64,000 nucleotides of DNA, taken from an uncultured Acidobacteriota bacterium. Its GTDB lineage: Bacteria; Acidobacteriota; Vicinamibacteria; Vicinamibacterales; 2-12-FULL-66-21. The notes under the pieces were generated by a model. That model saw only the letters and a program-made list of their open reading frames with translations. It was not told the DNA's origin and made no database searches. Of the stretch, positions 58,263 through 64,000 are shown piece by piece (position 1 is the stretch's first letter; every line of letters starts with the position of its first letter). The translations under genes and the position numbers were made by a program. Location: assembly GCA_963725335.1 (NCBI GenBank), contig CAVRYD010000011.1, forward strand, positions 301,605 through 365,604. Direction: 5' to 3'.

Positions 58263-59568
58263 GTAAAGCGCTGATCGTGGCTCAATCAGAATTCGCGACG
58301 CTCGTCAGGAGCAAAGCGTTCCTCATCAGCCTCATCCTGATGCCCATCGTGATGGGCGGATCGATCATGCTCGTGCGGGCGACGAAAGACGCGACCGACA
58401 GCAAGGATCGAACGTTTGCGGTGATCGACCACACCGGCGTCCTTGCCGAGCCCCTGACAGCGGTGGCGGGCCTGTACAACTCGTCCACGCCATCGGCCGT
58501 TGATGCCGTGCTGCCGCGGAAGGGACCGCGATTCATTCCCGTCGAGGTCAAGCCCGACGGGCGCACACCTGAAGACCTGCGGCTGGAGCTGTCGAACCGC
58601 GTGCGTAAACAGGAGCTCTTTGCGTTTGTCGAGTTGCCGGCGGAGATTCTCGATCCGGCTGCCAATGCGCCAATTCGTTACTACTCGGATCATCCTTCGT
58701 ACAATGCGCTGCCGCAGTGGCTGCGCGCGACGGTCAACGCCGTGGTTCTCAACGAACGCTTCCGTCAGGCGTCGGTCGATCGCGCGCTCGTGGTCCGGCT
58801 CACCAAGCAGGCGGCAGTCGACGAGCGTGGACTCTTCGAGGCGGCAGCTGATGGCGGCATCAAGGCCGCGGAGGAAGTGAACGTCGCGCGCGCGTACGGC
58901 ATTCCAGTCGCAGGTACTGGCGCTGATGTACATCACCATCATGACCAGCGCGCCCCAGCTCCTCAACAGCGTCATCGAGGAAAAAATGAGCCGGATCAGC
59001 GAGGTGCTGGTCGGGTCGATCACGCCGTTCGAGCTGATGATGGGGAAGTTGATGGGCGGCGCCGCCGCGTCGATCCTGCTCACCGTGCTCTACATCGCTG
59101 GCGGTCTGGCGGTCGCCCAGTACCTGGGGCGGCTATGGCAGTGCGGTCACGCCGGCGATCGTCGGCTGGTTCCTGGTGTTTCTCATCCTGGCCTTGTTCA
59201 TCTTTGGATCGCTCTTCGTCGCCATTGGCGCGGCCTGCAACGATCTGAAGGACTCCCAGAACATGATGACACCGGTGATGCTCCTGGTCATGATTCCGAT
59301 ATTCACCGCGGGTTCGGTGCTGCGGGCGCCAGATGGCACGATGGCCATGGTGCTGTCCATGGTTCCGACCGCCGCTCCGTTCCTGATGCTCCTCCGAATC
59401 TCGCTTCAGCCCGGCCCACCCATGTGGCAGATTGTAGTCTCGGTGACCCTCATGGCCGGTACCGCGCTCGTGGTGGTCTGGGCGGCCGGCAAGATCTTCC
59501 GCACGGGACTCCTCATGCAGGGCAAGTCCGCTACGATGGCGGAGATGCTGCGATGGATCAATCGCTAA
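58259..59568 (+). CDS. ABC-2 family permease (NatB-like) (two frame breaks near 58915 and 59130)
   Basis: The ATG overlaps the ATPase stop (ATGA). N-terminal TM, then a large extracytoplasmic domain. SAPQLLNSVIEEKMSRISEVLVGSITPFELMMGK in the second frame and the C-terminal TM bundle in ORF 59176-59568. Confidence 0.75.
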
Positions 59569-59744
59569 TCACTAATCACTAATCACTGATCCTGAATCAC
59601 TGATCCTCGAATCCTCGAATCCTCGAATCCTCGAATCCTTGAATCCTTGAATCCTTGAATCCTTGAATCCTTTGAATCCTCGAATCCTTGAGTCCTCGAA
59701 TCCCCGAATCCTTGAATCCTTGAATCCTCGGGTCCTCGAATCGC
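59560..59744. repeat. Word-family-1 repeat: conserved head plus 17-unit GAATCC(T/C)(C/T) octamer array
   Basis: Head AATCGCTAATCACTAATCACTAATCACTGATCCTGAATCACTGATCC overlaps the permease stop codon. G(A/G)(A/G)TC(C/G) units start at 59609, 617, 625, 633, 641, 649, 657, 665, 674, 682, 690, 698, 706, 714, 722, 730 and 738. Confidence 0.9.
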
Positions 59745-59869
59745 CAACCCGCATCGCGAAGACTCACGCGCTTGACAATCGATGACGGGAGTCATACGGT
59801 CGCTTCACGGCGGTATGACCGTGGAGCAGTCTCCCGATTGCACCGGCCGCTCGCCGGAGAGCACGCTCG

Positions 59870-61084
59870 ATGTTCCATCATTCCGATCCTGAAGTCCTCG
59901 TCGTCGGCGCCGGTCCGGTCGGGCTCGTCGCGTCCCTGTTCCTGCAGCAGCACGGGGTTCGCGTGGAGGTCGTCGACATGCACCAGCGGACGACCCAGCA
60001 CAGTTATGCCGTCGCAATCCATCCGCGCACGCTCCGCATTCTCGACGAGGCAGGGCTGTCCGAAGGACTGATCGGCGCGGGCCGGAAGGTGACGAAGGTC
60101 GCATACTACGAAGGACGCGAGAGGCGCGCCGAGATCGACTATTCGGCTCTCGCCTCCGGGCATCCGTATCTTCTCGTCCTCCGTCAAAGCCTGCTGGAGA
60201 GGGCCGTCGAAGAGGCGCTCCGACAGAAGCAGTTCAAGGTTCTTTGGGGACACCGTCTCGAGTCGCTCAGCGAGGACGGCGTCGCACTCCGGGCCCAGGT
60301 GGCGAAGCTTGACTTGGTCGCGAGCGGCTACCCGGTTGCGGGAAGTGAGTGGGTCGTCGTGCGAAGGGAGACGATCAGACCGACCTATATCATCGGCGCC
60401 GACGGGTACGACTCGGCGGTCCGGCGGATGGCTGGCATCGAGATGGCCGAGCATGACGGAGGCCAGATCTTCTCAGTCTACGAAATCGAGGCGACGGGGG
60501 ATCTTCCCAGCGAAGCGCGCGTCATTCTCGATCCCGACGTAACGAGCGTCTACTGGCCCCTCGAGGAGGGGCGATGCCGCTGGGGATTCCAGATTCAGGA
60601 AGCCTCTGAACACGAGGCATCGATGGCGCAGCTCGAGCGGCTGATCGCCGCGAGGGCTCCCTGGTGGACGGCGCGGCCCACGCAGATCTACTGGTCGACG
60701 CTTGCCCTCTTCGAGCGGCGCCTCGCGCGGAGCTTTGGCAAAGGAGGCGTCTGGCTCGCGGGGGACGCCGCCCACCAGGCGGCTCCGGTCGGCGTGCACA
60801 GCATGAACTCGGGGCTGGTCGAAGCGCGCGAGCTGGCATCGCGCATCTCGCGGATCCAGCGCGCGGGCGGAGCGTCGTCGCTTCTCAGCGAGTTCGGGAC
60901 CGCGGCGCACGAGGAGTGGCAATGGCTCCTCGGTGCCGGAAGTGCAGTGCGCGCGCTTCCGAGAGCGGACTCCTGGGTCCGGAAGACCGCGGCGAGGATC
61001 CTCGCCTGCGTTCCCGCGTCGCGAGACGACCTCGAACCGCTGCTCGAGCAGATCGGCCTCACGGTCTCGCCGGAGCGCGCCTGA
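59870..61084 (+). CDS. FAD-dependent monooxygenase (UbiH/PheA-type aromatic hydroxylase family)
   Basis: Intact 404-aa ORF with the dinucleotide fold VLVVGAGPVGLVASLFL, IIGADGYDSAVRR and WLAGDAAHQAAPVGVHSMNSGLVEAREL. Confidence 0.8.
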   Translation: MFHHSDPEVLVVGAGPVGLVASLFLQQHGVRVEVVDMHQRTTQHSYAVAIHPRTLRILDEAGLSEGLIGAGRKVTKVAYYEGRERRAEIDYSALASGHPYLLVLRQSLLERAVEEALRQKQFKVLWGHRLESLSEDGVALRAQVAKLDLVASGYPVAGSEWVVVRRETIRPTYIIGADGYDSAVRRMAGIEMAEHDGGQIFSVYEIEATGDLPSEARVILDPDVTSVYWPLEEGRCRWGFQIQEASEHEASMAQLERLIAARAPWWTARPTQIYWSTLALFERRLARSFGKGGVWLAGDAAHQAAPVGVHSMNSGLVEARELASRISRIQRAGGASSLLSEFGTAAHEEWQWLLGAGSAVRALPRADSWVRKTAARILACVPASRDDLEPLLEQIGLTVSPERA

Positions 61085-61093
61085 CCGAGCTCT

Positions 61094-61180
61094 GCGCGAA
61101 GGCCCGACGAGGTCGCGCCGAAGCGCTCAGCGCGAAGGCGGACGAGGTCGCGCCGAAGCGCTCAGCGCGAAGGCGGGCGC
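61094..61180. repeat. 36/35-nt tandem direct repeat (2.4 copies)
   Basis: GCGCGAAGGC(CC/G)GACGAGGTCGCGCCGAAGCGCTCA at 61094-61129 and 61130-61164, then a partial GCGCGAAGGCGGGCGC. It ends exactly at the putative -35 box. Confidence 0.85.
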
Positions 61181-61209
61181 TTGACTCGCGCGATGTGCGA
61201 TGGTACAAA
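61181..61209 (+). promoter_or_regulatory. Putative sigma-70-type promoter of the second ACIII-like module
   Basis: TTGACT (61181-61186), 17-nt spacer, extended -10 TGGTACAAA (61201-61209). The TTG start of actC paralog 2 lies about 35 nt downstream, preceded by AAGGCGGGGA. Confidence 0.4.
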
Positions 61210-61243
61210 CTGCCACTCCGAAAACTCAAGGCGGGGAACAGGC

Positions 61244-62710
61244 TTGGCCCAGACGGAAGCAGAACTGCTCGACAACCCTGTCGCGGGCCGTCCCACACTG
61301 ATCCTGCGCTCGCCGGATTTCCATTCCATCACCGAGGTCGTCGCGGAGCCGATCGAGCGGCGGACACCGATCGGTTGGTGGCTCTTTTTCCTCCCTTCGC
61401 TCGCACTCCTCGGCCTTCTCGGCGTGGCCGTTTCGTGGCTGTTCTGGGAAGGGATCGGCATCTGGGGCCTCAACGTCCCGGTCGGCTGGGCGTGGGACAT
61501 CACGAACTTCGTGTTCTGGGTCGGGATAGGGCACGCCGGGACGCTCATCTCGGCGATCCTCTTCCTCTTTCGCCAGAGATGGCGCACCTCGATCAATCGC
61601 TCGGCGGAGGCGATGACCATCTTTGCGGTGATGTGCGCCTTGACGTTCCCGGGGATCCATGTGGGACGCGTCTGGGTCGCCTACTGGATGTTCCCAATCC
61701 CGAACCAGATGGGCGTGTGGCCCAACTTCAGGAGCCCTCTTCTCTGGGATGTCTTCGCGGTCAGCATCTACGGAACCGTATCGGTCCTGTTCTGGTACGT
61801 CGGCCTGATCCCGGATCTGGCGACGATGCGCGATCGGGCGAAAACTCCGATCCGGAAGTTCGTCTACGGGATCTTCGCGCTCGGGTGGCGGGGCTCTGTG
61901 CGGCAATGGCATCACTACGAAACCGCCTATCTCATTCTCGCAGCTCTCGCGACGCCGCTGGTCCTCTCGGTTCATTCGATCGTGTCGATGGATTTCGCGG
62001 TGTCCGTCCTCCCTGGATGGCATACGACGGTCTTCCCGCCCTACTTCGTTGCCGGCGCCATTTTCTCCGGGTTCGCGATGGTGCTGACGCTCATGGTGAT
62101 TTGCCGCAAAGCATTCCACCTCGAGCACATTGTCACCCTCCGGCACTTCGACTACATGGCGAAGATCATGCTCGTGACCGGCTCGATGGTCGGCTACGCC
62201 TATGCGACGGAGTTCTTCACCGCCTGGTACAGCGGAAACCCCTACGAGCTCTTCACGTTCATGAACCGTGCGCTCGGACCGTATGCCTGGGCCTACTGGA
62301 TCATGGTTACGTGTAATGTAATCAGCCCCCAGCTCTTCTGGTTCAAGAAGGCGCGCACGAGCATACCGGTCCTGTTCGTTCTATCGATCGTCATCAACAT
62401 CGGGATGTGGTTCGAGCGGTTCGTGATTATCGTGACGTCGCTGCACCGTGACTTCCTTCCCTCAGCGTGGGGCTACTTCAGGCCCACGATCTGGGACGTG
62501 TCGTGCTTGCTGGGAAGCTTCGGGCTCTTCTTCACGATGTTCTGTTTGTTCGTGCGCTTTCTTCCGATGGTGGCAACCGCCGAAGTCAAGACCGTCCTGC
62601 CGCAGGCCGATCCACATTGGCGCGCCGGCCCCGAACGTGAGACCAAGGACCACCGTCCTGCGCCGCGGCCCCGTGGGGCGGCTGAGCCCGCTCCCGAGGG
62701 CGCCTCCTGA
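61244..62710 (+). CDS. actC: ActC paralog (NrfD/PsrC-like membrane subunit), second copy
   Basis: Intact. [54 protein letters not shown] and [25 protein letters not shown] closely parallel actC at 51657-53034. Start placed at in-frame TTG 61244 (the ORF track starts at 61181, inside the putative promoter). Confidence 0.85.
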   Translation: MAQTEAELLDNPVAGRPTLILRSPDFHSITEVVAEPIERRTPIGWWLFFLPSLALLGLLGVAVSWLFWEGIGIWGLNVPVGWAWDITNFVFWVGIGHAGTLISAILFLFRQRWRTSINRSAEAMTIFAVMCALTFPGIHVGRVWVAYWMFPIPNQMGVWPNFRSPLLWDVFAVSIYGTVSVLFWYVGLIPDLATMRDRAKTPIRKFVYGIFALGWRGSVRQWHHYETAYLILAALATPLVLSVHSIVSMDFAVSVLPGWHTTVFPPYFVAGAIFSGFAMVLTLMVICRKAFHLEHIVTLRHFDYMAKIMLVTGSMVGYAYATEFFTAWYSGNPYELFTFMNRALGPYAWAYWIMVTCNVISPQLFWFKKARTSIPVLFVLSIVINIGMWFERFVIIVTSLHRDFLPSAWGYFRPTIWDVSCLLGSFGLFFTMFCLFVRFLPMVATAEVKTVLPQADPHWRAGPERETKDHRPAPRPRGAAEPAPEGAS

Positions 62711-63267
62711 TGCCGCTCCTGTTCTCGCGGCTCCCGGAGGGGCCGTACTACGGAATCCTGGCCGAGTTCGCGACGCCGGCGGACCTCTATCACGCGTGCG
62801 AACGAGTGCGTGATTCGGGCTTCACACGGTGGGACGCCCACACTCCGTTCCCCGTCCACGGTCTCGACAAAGCGATGGGACTGCGACGCTCGCCGCTACC
62901 CTGGATCGTTCTCGGCATGGGATTGACGGGGGCCACCCTCGGATTCCTCCTGCAGGCGTGGGTCCACACCCGCGCCTACCCCCTGGTCATCAGCGGCAAG
63001 CCGTTCTTCTCCTGGCCCGCCTTCATTCCGATCACCTTCGAGCTCGGAGTCCTCTTCGGCGCGCTCGGGGCCGTCTTCGGCATGCTCGGCCTGAACCAGC
63101 TCCCCATGCACTACCACCCGCTCTTCCGATCCAAGGTCTTCGAGCGCGTGACCGACGACGCGTTCTTCATCTCGATCGAATCATGGGATCCGCGGTTCGA
63201 TCCGTCTGCCACCGGCAAGCTGCTGGAGTCGCTGGGCGCGCGAAGCGTCGAGCTTCTGGAGTCCTGA
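62710..63267 (+). CDS. actD: ActD paralog (DUF3341-like membrane subunit), second copy
   Basis: Intact 185-aa ORF. YYGILAEFATP...WDAHTPFPVH, two TM segments, HYHPLF. Collinear with actD at 51092-51643. The ATG overlaps the upstream stop (TGATG). Confidence 0.8.
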   Translation: MPLLFSRLPEGPYYGILAEFATPADLYHACERVRDSGFTRWDAHTPFPVHGLDKAMGLRRSPLPWIVLGMGLTGATLGFLLQAWVHTRAYPLVISGKPFFSWPAFIPITFELGVLFGALGAVFGMLGLNQLPMHYHPLFRSKVFERVTDDAFFISIESWDPRFDPSATGKLLESLGARSVELLES

Positions 63268-64000
63268 ATGATTCCGGAACGTGATCGCGTTGCGCTACTG
63301 CCCGAGCAGGCCACGATACCGCCGGGGCACCCGTGGAACCGTCTGCCGGTCATTGGCGCCGCCTGCGCCCTGCTCGGGGGCGTCGCCTGCGCGATTCTGG
63401 GGGCGGCGAATCCGAAGCAGTTCTTCTTCTCGTGGCTCGTGTCGTTTCTGTTCTTTCTGAGCCTGGCGCTCGGCGGACTCTTCTTCGTCCTGATCCAGTA
63501 CGCGAGTCAGGGAGGATGGGGGATTGTGCTGCGACGGATTGGGGAAACGATCTTCGCGACGCTTCCCGTGATGGCGGCCCTCTTCCTGCCAGTGCTGCTC
63601 GGACTGCACGATCTCTATTCGTGGACCGTCCCCGGTGCGGCCGAGCACGATGCGCTCCTTCGCTGGAAGGCGCCATTCCTGAACGTCCCGTTTTTCCTGA
63701 TCCGGGCGGCACTCTACTTCGGAATCTGGTCCTTCATCGCCCTCTTTTATTACCGCGGCTCGCGCGGTCAGGACATGACGGGTGATCCCGGCGTGTCGGC
63801 CCGCCTGCGCCGCCTCGCGGGGCCCGCCATTATCGTCCTTGCGCTGACGCAGACCTTTGCCTCGATCGACTGGATCGCGTCGCTCACGCCGCACTGGTAC
63901 TCGACCATGTTCGGCGTCTATTTCTTCGCGGGCTCCTTCGTAGGGTTCATCGCGCTGCTCTCGGTCGTTTCGGTGGCGATGCGCCAGGCGGGGCTGCTGG
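63268..64000 (+). CDS. actF: ActF paralog (quinone-binding subunit 2-like), 5' part; runs off the window
   Basis: Open frame from ATG 63268, directly after the actD-2 stop. FFFSWLVSFLFFLSLALGGLFFVLIQYASQGGWG, KAPFLNVPFFLIRAALYFGIW and DWIASLTPHWYSTMFGVYFF parallel actF at 49177-50374. Not in the ORF track because no stop is reached. Confidence 0.75.
   Translation, partial: MIPERDRVALLPEQATIPPGHPWNRLPVIGAACALLGGVACAILGAANPKQFFFSWLVSFLFFLSLALGGLFFVLIQYASQGGWGIVLRRIGETIFATLPVMAALFLPVLLGLHDLYSWTVPGAAEHDALLRWKAPFLNVPFFLIRAALYFGIWSFIALFYYRGSRGQDMTGDPGVSARLRRLAGPAIIVLALTQTFASIDWIASLTPHWYSTMFGVYFFAGSFVGFIALLSVVSVAMRQAGLL

Noticed and set aside
59560-59744. Possible CRISPR array (also considered for 395-496, 28231-28425, 57293-57359)
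   Set aside because: The units are 7-9 nt with no interspersed unique spacers, and there are no cas genes. These are short tandem repeats, not CRISPR.
59572-59795. ORFs encoding repetitive peptides (e.g. ..DSRIRGFEDSRIRGFK..; also 395-655 ..PRILESPNPPNPRILES..)
   Set aside because: These translations are simply the octamer arrays read in frame. An 8-nt period cannot maintain a reading frame biologically, and no start or RBS context exists.
61193-61215. MCDGTNCH at the 5' end of ORF 61181-62710 as a possible heme-binding site on ActC-2
   Set aside because: This is not a CxxCH motif (four residues lie between the Cys). The segment overlaps the putative promoter and is probably untranslated. 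The likely start is TTG 61244.

Overview
GC-rich bacterial chromosomal segment, most plausibly Acidobacteriota: it carries three ADOP-type ('acidobacterial duplicated orphan permease') genes, a BNR/sortilin-like protein, and alternative complex III next to a caa3 oxidase. I can support about 60 protein-coding genes. I found no rRNA, tRNA, CRISPR array, transposase or integrase.

Layout:
- 1-13.5 kb, housekeeping and stress genes: speA 3' end, bacilliredoxin-like protein, M28 peptidase, two ADOP permeases, pseudouridine synthase, ICMT-like protein, 1-Cys peroxiredoxin, NUDIX hydrolase, guaB, AlkD-like protein, HAD phosphatase.
- 13.5-29 kb, envelope and secreted functions: BNR protein, two PepSY_TM-like paralogs, PAP2, thioredoxin-like protein, S9 peptidase, DUF4097, YgjP-like protein, GNATs, third ADOP permease, MFS, TrmH.
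- 29-39 kb: GCPII-like peptidase, grpE, clpA, clpS, MBL hydrolase, lepB, peroxiredoxin.
- 39.4-43.8 kb: HlyD-ABC-FtsX-FtsX export operon with an intrinsic terminator.
- 44.1-57.0 kb: one minus-strand respiratory super-operon, actABCDEF - small membrane protein - SCO - ctaC-ctaD-ctaE-coxIV, with a terminator.
- 57.4-59.6 kb: ABC-2 transporter.
- 59.9-61.1 kb: FAD monooxygenase.
- 61.2-64.0 kb: a second, partial ACIII-like module (actC-actD-actF paralogs only) that runs off the window.

Two sequence-level peculiarities dominate.
1. Roughly half of the genes need from one to more than ten frame corrections to read through. These cluster at 9.9-13.2, 29.2-35.9 and 39.4-52.4 kb, and look like indel error rather than decay.
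2. At least 13 spacers are filled with short tandem oligomer arrays from three word families: GAATCC 8-mers, 10-bp-phased GAACC, and AGCTGAN 7-mers.

Coordinates of frame-disrupted genes are my reconstruction from the ORF track plus reading across frames. They may be off by a few nt at uncertain starts or stops.
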